Source of the DNA: Longimicrobiales bacterium
Lineage (GTDB): Bacteria > Gemmatimonadota > Gemmatimonadetes > Longimicrobiales > Gaopeijiaceae
Assembly (NCBI GenBank): GCA_965248195.1
Contig: CBDFIQ010000002.1
Location: 1,856,001-1,920,000 of the forward strand
DNA length: 64,000 nt
Reading direction: 5' to 3'
Shown one piece after another: positions 9,732 to 20,549 of the stretch. Position numbers and translations under genes: made by a program. Below the pieces are notes generated by a model. That model was not told the origin of the DNA. It was given only the letters and a program-made list of their open reading frames with translations, and searched no databases. Positions within the stretch are counted from its first letter, which is position 1, and the number at the start of each line of letters is the position of its first letter.

Positions 9732-10151
9732 CTACAGGCCGAGCCTTTGATGCGCAGAAAAGAAAAACGCGATCTCGGCTGCAGCGTTTTTGTCCGAGTC
9801 GGAGGCGTGAATCGCATTGCGCTCTTTCGATTCCGCAAACAGCTTGCGAACCGTTCCATCATCGGCCTCGGCCGGATCGGTCGCCCCGACCACCGTACGA
9901 AGCTCGGCGACCGCATTCTCGGCCTCCAAGACCATGGAAATCACGGCGCCCGATGTCATGAAGGTCACCAAAGAGTCGAAGAATGGGCGCTCCTTGTGGA
10001 CGGCGTAAAACGCTCCCGCCTGGACCGTGTTCATCCGGGTCATTTTCAAGGCCCTGACCGCAAAGCCGGCAGCTTCGAGGTGGGCAAGAATATGTCCCGC
10101 TTTACCGGACTGCACCGCATCCGGTTTTATGATTCCGAGCGTAAGGCTCAT
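9732..10151 (-). CDS. ndk: Nucleoside-diphosphate kinase
   Basis: IIKPDAV, FYAVHKERPFF, GATDP, NAIHASDS. Confidence 0.96.
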   Translation of the reverse strand: MSLTLGIIKPDAVQSGKAGHILAHLEAAGFAVRALKMTRMNTVQAGAFYAVHKERPFFDSLVTFMTSGAVISMVLEAENAVAELRTVVGATDPAEADDGTVRKLFAESKERNAIHASDSDKNAAAEIAFFFSAHQRLGL

Positions 10152-10157
10152 TTACGT

Positions 10158-11105
10158 CTATTCCTCAGGCTTGAACGAAGTATCGGGGAAAAGCCACCGA
10201 AGGACTCCCCCACGTGTGAGTAGGCCGACCACCTCTCCCTCTCGGATTACCGGAAGCTGTTCGACATCCCGATTCACCATGATCGACGCCGCCTCGATAA
10301 GGCTCTGTTCTTCCGAGACGCACATTACGGTACGGGTCATGATTTCCCTCGCCGTCAGCTCCACCCGGGCGGACTCAGAGCTCCCCCCGACGCTTTCTAC
10401 TCGGGCCTGCGAGACGAGCTCATTCAACGTCTCCCCGGTCGTGATGACGCCGAGAAACTCGTAATCCTCGCCCACCACGGGAACTGCCTGGAGCCCCCTT
10501 CTGACCATCAGATCCGCCACCTCGGAGTATGGCGTATCGGGATACACCCGGTACTGGATGGGCTCGACCACGTCCTCCACAAGAAGACTCCGATGGGGAT
10601 CGAGATCCATGAACCCCGCTACCCTCAAAACGCCATGGGCGGATCGGGCTCTCAAGAGCGGCGTCACCCTCTCTTCTTCCCGGAAAAACCGCTGCAGGGT
10701 GGGGAGCACCCGATCCCTCAGGGTAATGACGCGCCGGGGTGTAACCATTACCAAGACCATCTCGGACGCGGTTCCGGGTGTGGGAGCGCCGTCGGCGCTC
10801 GCCTCGGCGCGGCCTGCACCCGAAGCTGCCTCGGTTCCCTCCGCCGTAAATGGCGCAAGTGAAACCCCGATGACCGCAGAGATTTCCTCGACGGCCTCGG
10901 ACTCCGCGAAAACCACCACGACGCGCTCGTGTACACGATGGATTTCTCCAGATACGCCCCCAACGAGATCTGCGGCGAGCTTCTTGGCGTCCTCGTCCGA
11001 GACCCCCGTAACGGCTCGGAACGCACTCGTCAAAGCCGACGCGAGATCCGGCGCATCGAGCGGCACGAGGATCGCCCCGCGGCGAAGCATTTCGACGATC
11101 TTCAT
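10158..11105 (-). CDS. CBS-pair protein with an N-terminal PTS-EIIA-like region
   Basis: C-terminal CBS pair (AVPVVG...GVITTGE; EIMTR...QLPVI...VGLLTRG); GGAGG RBS before ATG 11105; the N-terminal assignment is tentative. Confidence 0.7.
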   Translation of the reverse strand: MKIVEMLRRGAILVPLDAPDLASALTSAFRAVTGVSDEDAKKLAADLVGGVSGEIHRVHERVVVVFAESEAVEEISAVIGVSLAPFTAEGTEAASGAGRAEASADGAPTPGTASEMVLVMVTPRRVITLRDRVLPTLQRFFREEERVTPLLRARSAHGVLRVAGFMDLDPHRSLLVEDVVEPIQYRVYPDTPYSEVADLMVRRGLQAVPVVGEDYEFLGVITTGETLNELVSQARVESVGGSSESARVELTAREIMTRTVMCVSEEQSLIEAASIMVNRDVEQLPVIREGEVVGLLTRGGVLRWLFPDTSFKPEE

Positions 11106-11132
11106 TTGTCCTCCCACGAAGATCCGAGCAAA

Positions 11133-12020
11133 CTAAGCAGAAAGCACGCCCTGGATCAGGCCGACAATATCAGCGGGGCGTTTGGCCACCGCGATGCCGT
11201 TCTCCGCAAAGGCCTTCATCTTTTCTTCCGCGGTCCCCGAGGAACCACTGATGATCGCACCTGCATGACCCATGCGGCGGCCCGGGGGAGCGGTCTGGCC
11301 GGCAACGAATCCTACGACGGGGACATTCAGATTCGCGCCCACCCACTCAGCCGCCTCCTGCTCATCGGTACCCCCGATTTCCCCGATCATGACGATCGCT
11401 TCCGTATCGCCGTCGGCGGCGAAGGCCTCGAGCGCATCGACGAAGTTCGTCCCGATGAGGGGATCACCTCCGATCCCCACACAAGTCGTCTGCCCGACCC
11501 CCGCATTCGTCAAGAGGACTACTGCCTCATATGTGAGCGTTCCCGAACGAGAGATCACGCCGACGGGCCCTGGGGTCACGATGTCGCCCGAGATAATACC
11601 CACCTTCGCCTTCCCCGGAGAGATGACACCAGGACAGTTGGGCCCCAGGACCCGCGCCCCGTGATCACGGGCGAAGGCATGCGCCCGGGCCATGTCCTGC
11701 ACAGGGATTCCCTCGGTGATGGCCACGACCAACGAGATCCCCGCATCCGCAGCCTCCTCGACCGCGCTCGCAGCAAAGGCTGGCGGCACGTACACCGCCG
11801 AGGTGTTGGCTCCGGTCTGGTCCACCGCTTCATCCATGGAGTCGAAGATCGGCACGCCCTTACCCTCGGGACCCTCGAAGGTCTGCCCACCCTTCCCCGG
11901 GGTAACACCCGCGACCACAGCGGTGCCGTACTCCATCATCTGAAACGTGTGGAAGGACCCATCCCGTCCCGTGATGCCTTGGACCACCAACTTGGTATTC
12001 TTGTCGACTAGAATCGCCAT
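11133..12020 (-). CDS. sucD: Succinyl-CoA ligase alpha subunit
   Basis: [34 protein letters not shown]. Confidence 0.97.
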   Translation of the reverse strand: MAILVDKNTKLVVQGITGRDGSFHTFQMMEYGTAVVAGVTPGKGGQTFEGPEGKGVPIFDSMDEAVDQTGANTSAVYVPPAFAASAVEEAADAGISLVVAITEGIPVQDMARAHAFARDHGARVLGPNCPGVISPGKAKVGIISGDIVTPGPVGVISRSGTLTYEAVVLLTNAGVGQTTCVGIGGDPLIGTNFVDALEAFAADGDTEAIVMIGEIGGTDEQEAAEWVGANLNVPVVGFVAGQTAPPGRRMGHAGAIISGSSGTAEEKMKAFAENGIAVAKRPADIVGLIQGVLSA

Positions 12021-12077
12021 CTATTGTCTCTTATTACTCATCCGTGAGGAGACCCGGTCCACCGTCCCGCTGTGCCA

Positions 12078-13214
12078 CTAACCAGCGTTCACCATCTCGA
12101 CGGCTCGCTCAACCACGTCGTCCATGGACGAAAACGCCAAGAATCCGGCTTCGGCAAGAATGGCGAGCCCTTCTTCTTCGTTGGTCCCGGTGAGGCGAAT
12201 CACGATCGGAGGTGCGATGTCGATGCGCGTCGTCGCCTCCACGATTCCGCGCGCCACATCGTCACCTCGGGTAATCCCTCCGAAAATATTGAACAGGATG
12301 ACCTTCACGTTCGGATCCGAGGCAATGATCTCCAGCGCGGACACGACCTTCTCCGGGTTCGAGGAGCCTCCAATATCGAGAAAATTAGCGGGCTCTCCGC
12401 CGTAATACTTCACGAGGTCCATGGTGGCCATGGCTAGCCCCGCGCCATTGACGCAGCACCCCACATTCCCGTCTAGCTTGACGTAGCTGAGATCGGCTTC
12501 CCGCGCCTTGGTCTCGGCGGCGGGTTCCGCCGATAGATCCCTGTATTCGACCAGCTCCGGACGCCTGAAAAGCTCACTGTCGTCGATGCTCATTTTGGCA
12601 TCGATCGCCTTGACCTCTCCCGATTTCGTCGTGATGAGAGGATTGATCTCGATCAACGATGCCCCACTGGACGTGAACGCATCGTACAGCTGGCGGATGA
12701 TTCTTGCCGCCTGCTTCACAATGCCCGGATCGTCGTAGAGCGACTTCGCCAACCAATATCCCTGGTGAGACATGAGGCCATAGCGGGGATCGACGGTGAG
12801 CTTGCGGATTGCATCCGGATCGGAGTGCGCGACTTCCTCGATGTCGATCCCGCCCTCGGCCGACACGATGAACGTGGCTGCCTGGGATTTTCGGTCCACC
12901 AGGATACCCACGTACGCCTCCGTATCGATATCTTCCGCGGGAGTGACAAGAACCTTTTCGACCGTGAGATCAGCTATGGTCATGCCCAGAATCGCCTCGG
13001 CGTGCTCACGGACTTCGTCAGCGGTCGTTGCCAGCTTCACCCCACCGGCCTTGCCCCGTCCGCCAGAGTGCACCTGAGCCTTCACTACCACGGTCCCTCC
13101 ATACTGCTCCGCGATCGACACCGCCTCTTTGGGCGTGGTGGCAATCTCTCCGGGGGGCACCGGAATTCCATGGGCCCGTAGGATTTCCTTAGCCTGATAC
13201 TCGTGGATATTCAT
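12078..13214 (-). CDS. sucC: Succinyl-CoA ligase beta subunit
   Basis: MNIHEYQAK, GGRGKAGGV, NGAGLAMATMD, PANFLDIGG, NIFGGI. Confidence 0.97.
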   Translation of the reverse strand: MNIHEYQAKEILRAHGIPVPPGEIATTPKEAVSIAEQYGGTVVVKAQVHSGGRGKAGGVKLATTADEVREHAEAILGMTIADLTVEKVLVTPAEDIDTEAYVGILVDRKSQAATFIVSAEGGIDIEEVAHSDPDAIRKLTVDPRYGLMSHQGYWLAKSLYDDPGIVKQAARIIRQLYDAFTSSGASLIEINPLITTKSGEVKAIDAKMSIDDSELFRRPELVEYRDLSAEPAAETKAREADLSYVKLDGNVGCCVNGAGLAMATMDLVKYYGGEPANFLDIGGSSNPEKVVSALEIIASDPNVKVILFNIFGGITRGDDVARGIVEATTRIDIAPPIVIRLTGTNEEEGLAILAEAGFLAFSSMDDVVERAVEMVNAG

Positions 13215-13255
13215 GCGAGCCTAATGTCAGATGGTAAGGGGAAAGCCCGTGATTC

Positions 13256-16018
13256 CTAGTTGACCGCGCCTGAGGAGAGTCGCTCGAGCAGGGCCCGGAG
13301 TTCGGCGAGCGCCTCTCCGAAACGCTGAAAATCTCCGGTTCGCAGGGCGGCATCCGCCGCCTCGAGGAGCGCCAGGGCCTCAGCAGGCCATTGGTCGGTG
13401 TCCAGGGAGGGAAGATCTGACGAGGCTTCTGGGAAGAACAACTGAGGGGCAGCCGCATCGGCGAGCCGGGCCAGCGCCTGGATCGATTCCTGAAGCGTTT
13501 CCTCCATCGTGACACGGTACCCGTCGCTCACAACGAAGCGCCTCAGTTCGGGGATCGCATCCTCCTCGGCCGCGAGGAACACGGGCTCCATGTAGAGAAG
13601 CGTCCGGTCGACCGGTACTAGATGCAGATGCCCCGTCCACACCTGGCTTCCTCCGGTTCTCCAGAGCGAGAACTGTTGTGAGATCACCGGATCCTGCTCG
13701 ATCAGCGCCTCCACCTGACGTGGCCCCGGTACCTGATCCTCGACGGGAACGTCGAACAAAACGAGTTCGCCGTATCGGTCGGGCTCGCTCGAGGCGGTCA
13801 AGATGGCGGTTAGATTTTGCCGTCCACGTGGCACGAACACGGAGGTGAGCAGAAAGTCCCTTTCCTCCTCTCCCGGCAGCCGATACAGCCCGTACTCCGG
13901 CTGATAGGGCACGGGGGTCGTCCCCTGAGCCAACTCCTGGGGCAGGGTCCAGACATCCTGCTGGCCATGGAAGAGTGGAGCCGTCTCCTGGTGGTATTGA
14001 AAAAGGACCCGGGCCTGGAGGCCCAGCATGGTCCGGGGGTAACGGATGTGGTCGCGCAACCCCTCCGGCATGTCACTCAAGGGCCGAAACAGCGTAGGAA
14101 AGCCTCGAGCGTACGCCTTGAGCAGTGGATCCACGTCGTCGACGATGTAGAAAGCCACCTCGCCCGTGACTCCGTCGATCGTGATCTTCACGCTGTTTCG
14201 GGCGTACCTGACGGGCCTTCCCGCCTCGAGATCGTGCAGAGTCGACAGGGGGAAAGAGCTAGTGCCCGTGAACCCCTCTAGAATCCAGACGATCCGCCCC
14301 TCGTAAATGACCGGGTACGGTGCCTCGGGGAACCGGAGGAGTTGACCGGAGATTTGTCCCACGCGCTCCAGAACGTCCCTTCGGAAAACGAAGCGGCTGG
14401 TCCGATTCACCTCCGAAGCGAAGAGCAGATTCGCATCCCTGAAGCGCCAGGCGAGCGCGAGCGTCTTCAGGGGGGAGTCGAGTTGTATTCCCTCGGGAAA
14501 GTCGATACCGGCCCGTCGCGCACCCCCGTCCCCACCCGCGGGATCCCCCATATCTTCAGGATTGACCACAGCATAGACCTGGCGGCGCGCTCCCACGTAT
14601 ACATTCGGACGAGTCAGCCTGAGAGCTTCTGGTGCCGTCTCATTCGCCGAAAATTCCGGGGGGATCCCAGACACGAACATCGTGGGACGCCCCTCGGGGG
14701 TACGGACCGTCGCCGCGCTGACGACCGCTCCCATCCCTCGGATGTAGTCGTCCCGGAGATGTATATTCTGCCAGTTCGGATCCTGGATTCCCCTCGGAAG
14801 AACCTCTCGTACAGCTATCGCTACCGGGACCAACCCATCCGGACCCTCGTAGCGATCCACGGTCACGCCCGAAAAATCGTAATATGGGAAACGGGCCTCC
14901 AACTCTCTGTAGGTCGTCAGAAGCGCCTGCGAGCTCCAAACGGGAAGCCCCTCGAACTGGGAGGCCGCCGCTTGCCAGTCCACGTCGGGGGTCCGCTCGT
15001 AGTCGAACTCACGCCGCTCCAGATTCGTCAGGTCGAAGCCCATCCGAGTGAACCGCATGTTCTCGAGGATGAACGGCGATTCCCGTTCTAGTTCATTGGG
15101 CTCTACACGAAAGCGCTGGATAAACGAGGGATACGCCTGTCCCACGGCCAGCCCACCCACGATCAAGAGTCCGGAGGCAACGATGAGGGGCAGCGGGCGA
15201 TTCTTGAAACCGCTCCACAGCGCAGCGGCGGACACGGAAAGAGCGAGCAGGCCGAGGATACTGTATGCCGGCATACGCGCCTCGGCGTCGGTAAATCCGA
15301 AGATTCCCTGTACGCCAGAGGTGCCGTTGAGCAGAAGGACGTAACGCGCGAGCCAGAACTGCGCCGCCAACATGAGGCAGAACGCAGCGACGATAACCGC
15401 GAGGTGCACCCGGGGTCGTTCCTCGACCACGAATCGCCCTGGCCCCCATTGGAGGGCCCCGGTGGCCGCATATCCAACCGTGACGAGCGCAAAGACGAGG
15501 AAGGCAGCGAAGAGCCCGAGGGTCACGACCAGTCTAAGAAGAGGCAACAAGATGACGAAAAACGTCAAATCCTTTCCCAGGAAGGGATCCGTCACGCCCC
15601 ATTCCGGTGCATTCAGAAGATAGAGAAGGTTGAGACCCATAGACCCAGGGACGGAGGCCCCAAACCATGCCCCGAGCAACGCGGAAAGCACCGCCACGCT
15701 CCAAACCACAACGGTCTCGGAGATTTGCTCCGAGATCACGAGGTCGCCCACCCGGCGCTTGATCTTGATTCCACCGAGCGAACGGGCGATGAACCGCAGG
15801 TTGAAGAAGCACAGCACGCCCACCAACCCGAATACGATCAGGCGTGCGCCCCACTCCCAGACAACCCGAGTCCAGAAGACCGACGAGTAGCCCAGGGAGT
15901 CGAACCACAGGATTTCGATATAGGCGTTGGCTGCGATCCGCCCGACCACCAGGATCGTCAGCAACGCGATCACCAGCGCCAGCAAGAGGCGCCCCCCCCT
16001 CAAATCTCGGATTTTCAC
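13256..16018 (-). CDS. UPF0182 family membrane protein
   Basis: 920 aa; LWF..LGY..VFWT, DP..GKD..FF, VEPNE..RE.PFI, YARNSVK..DG, RYP, GP.QV motifs. Confidence 0.9.
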   Translation of the reverse strand: MKIRDLRGGRLLLALVIALLTILVVGRIAANAYIEILWFDSLGYSSVFWTRVVWEWGARLIVFGLVGVLCFFNLRFIARSLGGIKIKRRVGDLVISEQISETVVVWSVAVLSALLGAWFGASVPGSMGLNLLYLLNAPEWGVTDPFLGKDLTFFVILLPLLRLVVTLGLFAAFLVFALVTVGYAATGALQWGPGRFVVEERPRVHLAVIVAAFCLMLAAQFWLARYVLLLNGTSGVQGIFGFTDAEARMPAYSILGLLALSVSAAALWSGFKNRPLPLIVASGLLIVGGLAVGQAYPSFIQRFRVEPNELERESPFILENMRFTRMGFDLTNLERREFDYERTPDVDWQAAASQFEGLPVWSSQALLTTYRELEARFPYYDFSGVTVDRYEGPDGLVPVAIAVREVLPRGIQDPNWQNIHLRDDYIRGMGAVVSAATVRTPEGRPTMFVSGIPPEFSANETAPEALRLTRPNVYVGARRQVYAVVNPEDMGDPAGGDGGARRAGIDFPEGIQLDSPLKTLALAWRFRDANLLFASEVNRTSRFVFRRDVLERVGQISGQLLRFPEAPYPVIYEGRIVWILEGFTGTSSFPLSTLHDLEAGRPVRYARNSVKITIDGVTGEVAFYIVDDVDPLLKAYARGFPTLFRPLSDMPEGLRDHIRYPRTMLGLQARVLFQYHQETAPLFHGQQDVWTLPQELAQGTTPVPYQPEYGLYRLPGEEERDFLLTSVFVPRGRQNLTAILTASSEPDRYGELVLFDVPVEDQVPGPRQVEALIEQDPVISQQFSLWRTGGSQVWTGHLHLVPVDRTLLYMEPVFLAAEEDAIPELRRFVVSDGYRVTMEETLQESIQALARLADAAAPQLFFPEASSDLPSLDTDQWPAEALALLEAADAALRTGDFQRFGEALAELRALLERLSSGAVN

Positions 16019-16019
16019 G

Positions 16020-17387
16020 TTATACGGCCACCCCCTTCGTCCGCAGCCAAGATTCCATCTCGCCGCGAATCGCTGTCAGTTGCTCCTCCGTCTCGGCCTC
16101 ATAGCGCACGACGATGATCGCCTGCGTATTGGACGCTCTGAGGAGGCCCCATCCACCCTCGAACTGGACCCGCGCGCCATCGACGTCGATCACGTCTCGG
16201 GTCTCCCTGAAGTGATCCTGTGCCGCCTCCATGATCGCGAACTTGGTCTCCTCGGTCACGTCGATGCGCAACTCCGGTGTGGACACATACACCGGAAAGT
16301 CGGAGACCATCTCCGAAAGAGTACGCCCGGACCGTACGATCAGGTCCACGAGCCGGCAGGCCGCGTACGGCGCATCATCGAACCCGAGGTAATTGTCGGC
16401 CACACAGATGTGGCCGGACAGCTCGCCCCCGAGCGCCGCGCCGGTCTCCCTCATCTTCTCCTTGATCAAGGAGTGCCCAGTCTTCCACATAATGGCGTCC
16501 CCACCGGCCTTCGTAAATTCGTCCGACACGACCTGAGAACATTTTACGTCGAAGACGAGCCGTTGCCCCGGCCCCCGGGCGCGGAGGATGTCGAGCCCGA
16601 ACAACAAGAGCAGAAGGTCTCCGCGAACGATCTGGCCATGCTCGTCAACAGCCCCGATGCGATCCGCGTCTCCGTCGAACCCGATGCCCAACTCTGCCCC
16701 TTCGCGGCGTACCGTGTCGATCAAGTCCACGAGGTTCTCGTCCACCGTGGGATCCGGATGGTGATTGGGGAACGTCCCATCGGACTCGCAATACAGGGGA
16801 ACCACCTCGGCGCCCAGCGCTTCGAGTAACTCGACCCCCACCAGCGATCCGACGCCGTTTCCGCAATCCAGCACCACCTTCACGGGCCGCGAGAGATCAA
16901 ATCGTCCGGCCAGATCGGCCAAATAACGACCCAGGACGTCGACACGTTCGGAGGCTCCCGAGCCTTCGTTGAATTCCCCCTCGAGGATCGCGTGCTTCAC
17001 CGCTTGAATCTGGTCGCCGTAAACCGACATCCCCTGGAGCGTCATCTTGATGCCGTTCCATTCGGGCGGGTTATGGGAACCCGTGACCTGGATGCCACCA
17101 TCCGTGGGAAGGGTCTTCTCGGCCCAGTAGAGCGTGGGCGTGGGGACGGTCCCGATATCCACGGCGTCGGCGCCGGAACTGTTGAGCCCTCGGATCAGGG
17201 CTTCGGCTAGGGCCGGAGAAGAAGGGCGGTTGTCCTGCCCGACAGCGATCCGAGGGTGCCGGCCGAGTCGTTGAGCGGCCAGGGTCGCATAGGCCCGCCC
17301 GACGCCCTCGGAGACCTCGGGGGTCAGCTCATCGTCGACAAGACCACGGATGTCGTACTCACGGAAGATATGTTCAAGCGCCGACAT
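16020..17387 (-). CDS. Phosphomannomutase/phosphoglucomutase (AlgC-like)
   Basis: IFREYDIRG, TGSHNP, FDGDADR, GELSGH, RASNT. Confidence 0.93.
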   Translation of the reverse strand: MSALEHIFREYDIRGLVDDELTPEVSEGVGRAYATLAAQRLGRHPRIAVGQDNRPSSPALAEALIRGLNSSGADAVDIGTVPTPTLYWAEKTLPTDGGIQVTGSHNPPEWNGIKMTLQGMSVYGDQIQAVKHAILEGEFNEGSGASERVDVLGRYLADLAGRFDLSRPVKVVLDCGNGVGSLVGVELLEALGAEVVPLYCESDGTFPNHHPDPTVDENLVDLIDTVRREGAELGIGFDGDADRIGAVDEHGQIVRGDLLLLLFGLDILRARGPGQRLVFDVKCSQVVSDEFTKAGGDAIMWKTGHSLIKEKMRETGAALGGELSGHICVADNYLGFDDAPYAACRLVDLIVRSGRTLSEMVSDFPVYVSTPELRIDVTEETKFAIMEAAQDHFRETRDVIDVDGARVQFEGGWGLLRASNTQAIIVVRYEAETEEQLTAIRGEMESWLRTKGVAV

Positions 17388-17423
17388 GGAACCGTCGCAA
17401 GTTGAAGTGCGTGTCTGTGCGAG

Positions 17424-18932
17424 CTACGGTGCCAGACCGAGTAGCTCCGGGCCCACCGCGGAAAGCCCACTGACGCTCGACCGCGCCAAATCCATGGTGG
17501 CTCCGGGAAAAACGCCGAGATACACGATCAGGACCACTCCGGTAATCAAGGCCAGGCGCATGGCGACCGGTACATGGATCGGCTCGCCCGCGACACCGTT
17601 GGGCGCATCCGTCATCCACATGAACCACGCCACACGAAGGTAATACCAGTAAGAAGCTACGGTCGTGAGCACCAGGATGACCGAGAGGTAGACCATGTTG
17701 GCCTCCATCGCGCCCTGAAGGAGAAATACCTTCCCGATGAAGCCCGCGGTGCCGGGAAAACCGGCCAGAGAAAGTAGGAAAACCGTAAAGAGGACACCGA
17801 GTAGGGGGTGCCTCCAACCGAACCCTGCGTATTCCTGGATCTCGAGACGCTCCTCTCCTTGACCCGACACCAGAATGACGATGCCGAACGACCCGATATT
17901 CATGAACGTGTAGATCAGCAGATAGAACAGGAGCCCCGCAGCAGCCGTTTCATTCGCAGCGACGATCGCCACCATGAGATAACCCGCGTGAGCGATCCCC
18001 GAGTAGGCGAGCATCCGCTTTACGCTCATCTGAACTGTGGCGACGAGATTGGCGACCACCATCGTGAGGACGGCCAGCCACCAAAGAATCGCCCACCAAC
18101 TCTCATAGGCGCCCACGAAAGCCACTGAAAAGACGCGAAGGAAGGCCAAAAACGCGCCGGCTTTCACTGCCACGGACATGAAGGCCGTAACCGGAGTGGG
18201 TGCCCCCTCATAGACATCGGGCGTCCACATATGGAACGGAACCGCAGAGACCTTGAAGGAAAACCCAACCGCGAGAAGCGCAATGCCGAACACGAGAAGC
18301 GCGCCATGCGCGTCTCCGCTCGCAACAGAATCCGCGATGGCCGAAACATGCGTGCTGCCCGTTGCGCCGTAGACGAGCGCTATCCCGTAGAGAAAAAACC
18401 CGGTGGAGAAAGCGCCCAGCAAGAAGTACTTGAGTCCGGCCTCGGCCGATCGGGGATCCCTCCGGTTGATGGCGGCCATTACGTACACCGCGACAGACAT
18501 GATCTCCAAGCCGAGGAAGATGACGATGAGATCGCGAGCAGCGGCCATGATCATCAATCCCACGGTCGAATAGATCAGCAACCCGTAAAATTCCGCCGCC
18601 TGCAGGCCCTGCCGCTGAACGTAGCTCTGACTGATCAGGACTCCGAGCAGGGCGCCGGAGAGAATGATCCAGTTCGAGAACAACGCGAAGCGGTCCAGCG
18701 CGATCATCGAATGCGTTCCCACTTCTGTGACACTGTAAAGCCAAAAGTTCGCAAGCGCGGCCGCGAGGATCCCCAGCACGGTAAGCGATCCCAGGTCGGC
18801 GGATGTCCAGGGACCGCCGGAGCGGCGGGGACTGACACCGACGAGGAGGATTACCATCCCCCACACCGACAGGATGATCTCCGGTGCAAGCGCTACGATG
18901 AAATGGGCCTGATGACTGAAATCAAGTTCCAT
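17424..18932 (-). CDS. nuoN: NADH-quinone oxidoreductase subunit N
   Basis: EAGLKYFLLG, FKVSAVPFHMWTPDVYEGAP, KRMLAYS; operon order. Confidence 0.95.
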   Translation of the reverse strand: MELDFSHQAHFIVALAPEIILSVWGMVILLVGVSPRRSGGPWTSADLGSLTVLGILAAALANFWLYSVTEVGTHSMIALDRFALFSNWIILSGALLGVLISQSYVQRQGLQAAEFYGLLIYSTVGLMIMAAARDLIVIFLGLEIMSVAVYVMAAINRRDPRSAEAGLKYFLLGAFSTGFFLYGIALVYGATGSTHVSAIADSVASGDAHGALLVFGIALLAVGFSFKVSAVPFHMWTPDVYEGAPTPVTAFMSVAVKAGAFLAFLRVFSVAFVGAYESWWAILWWLAVLTMVVANLVATVQMSVKRMLAYSGIAHAGYLMVAIVAANETAAAGLLFYLLIYTFMNIGSFGIVILVSGQGEERLEIQEYAGFGWRHPLLGVLFTVFLLSLAGFPGTAGFIGKVFLLQGAMEANMVYLSVILVLTTVASYWYYLRVAWFMWMTDAPNGVAGEPIHVPVAMRLALITGVVLIVYLGVFPGATMDLARSSVSGLSAVGPELLGLAP

Positions 18933-18938
18933 GCCCGC

Positions 18939-20549
18939 CTACTCCACCGTTTCGGCGCCGGATGCGGTTCGGTCGAGGATCACGTCCGACGCATCGATCG
19001 CGACCGAATCTTCTCGACTGGACTCGATGAGGGCCGCCCCCGGCGGGGCCGCGGCGTACACGCGCTCGAGCACCATCTGGACGCTGGGCTCCATCCTTCG
19101 CAGCAGTGGTGTCGGATGCACGCCGATCACGATCATGAGAGCGATCATCGGCGCCAGAATGGTTATCTCGCGGCGGGACAGGTCTTGAACGGCTCGGTTC
19201 TCCGGTTTGTCCAGCGCGTTGAGGAAGACACTCTGCACCATCGGCAGCATGTAGTACGCGGCGAAGATGACCCCGCTTGCCGCGAAGATGGCCAGGCCTG
19301 GATGGAGCTCGAAGGTACCGAGGAGCGTGAGGAACTCCCCGACGAACCCGCTGGTGCCCGGCAACCCGATCGAGGCCAGTGCGGTGATCACGAACGCCGT
19401 GGCCAGCCAGGGTGCCACACGCCCGATACCACCGAAATCCTCGATCAGCCGGGTGTGGCGGCGCTCATACAGCATGCCCACAAGGAGAAAGAGGGCCCCC
19501 GTGGAGATCCCGTGGGAGATCATGACCAGCAACCCCCCTTGCAGTCCGTTCGGGTTGAGGGCGAATACGCCGATGACGACGAACCCCATGTGTGCCACGG
19601 AAGTGTACGCCACCAGCTTTTTCGCGTCGGGCTGAACGGCCGCCACCAATGACGCGTAGATGATACCCACGACACCCAGCGTGAGCATGAGCGTTACTAC
19701 GGTCGGATGTTGAGCGGCAACGGGAAAGAACGGCAACAGGAATCGCACGAACCCGTAGGTCCCCATCTTGAGCAGGACTGCCGCCAGCACGACGGACCCG
19801 GGCGTCGGTGCCTCTACGTGCGCGTCCGGCAGCCAAGTGTGGAACGGAAAAACGGGAACCTTGATGGCGAACGCCAATGCAAAAGCCCCGAACAACCACA
19901 TCTGCTCTGCCGGCGTCAGGGGAATCTGGAGTAGGTCCACGAAGGCGAAAGACGCCACGCCGAGCAGCGCCTTGCCCCGGGCGTATATGTATAGAATTCC
20001 TACGAGCATCAGGAGGGATCCGACCGCCGTGTAGAGGAAGAACTTGATCGCGGCATAGACCCTCCGCTCTCCTCCCCAGATTCCGATGATGAAGTACATC
20101 GGAACGAGCGTGAGCTCGAAGAACACGTAGAAAAGAAACAGGTCCACGGCCGAGAACACTCCCACGACCCCGACCTCGAGCAGAAGCATGAGGGCGTAGA
20201 ACGGCTTTTGTCGCTTCTTGATGTAGTTGAACGACCCCAGGATGGCGAGCGGGGTCGTGAAGGTGCTCAGCATGACCATGAACAAGCTGATCCCGTCGAG
20301 GCCGAGTGCGTAATTCACACCCCACGCGGCGATCCACGGCCAGCTGCTCGCGAGTTGATAACCCCCGCCCAGAGCCGGATCGTAGGCCCACCAAAGTCCC
20401 ACGCTCAGGACGAAGACCACGAGGCTCCAGCGCAGGGCAAGGACCTTGGCCCGATCTTCGGCAGCCCAGAGGACGTGGACCATCCCGACGAGCGGAAGCC
20501 AAATCAGTGCGTGAAGCACCCAGCTGTCGTATGCCAGTGCGTTCAACAT
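18939..20549 (-). CDS. nuoM: NADH-quinone oxidoreductase subunit M
   Basis: FYVFFE, PFHTWLPDAHVEAPT, LLKMGTYG, LPGTSGFVGEF. Confidence 0.95.
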   Translation of the reverse strand: MLNALAYDSWVLHALIWLPLVGMVHVLWAAEDRAKVLALRWSLVVFVLSVGLWWAYDPALGGGYQLASSWPWIAAWGVNYALGLDGISLFMVMLSTFTTPLAILGSFNYIKKRQKPFYALMLLLEVGVVGVFSAVDLFLFYVFFELTLVPMYFIIGIWGGERRVYAAIKFFLYTAVGSLLMLVGILYIYARGKALLGVASFAFVDLLQIPLTPAEQMWLFGAFALAFAIKVPVFPFHTWLPDAHVEAPTPGSVVLAAVLLKMGTYGFVRFLLPFFPVAAQHPTVVTLMLTLGVVGIIYASLVAAVQPDAKKLVAYTSVAHMGFVVIGVFALNPNGLQGGLLVMISHGISTGALFLLVGMLYERRHTRLIEDFGGIGRVAPWLATAFVITALASIGLPGTSGFVGEFLTLLGTFELHPGLAIFAASGVIFAAYYMLPMVQSVFLNALDKPENRAVQDLSRREITILAPMIALMIVIGVHPTPLLRRMEPSVQMVLERVYAAAPPGAALIESSREDSVAIDASDVILDRTASGAETVE

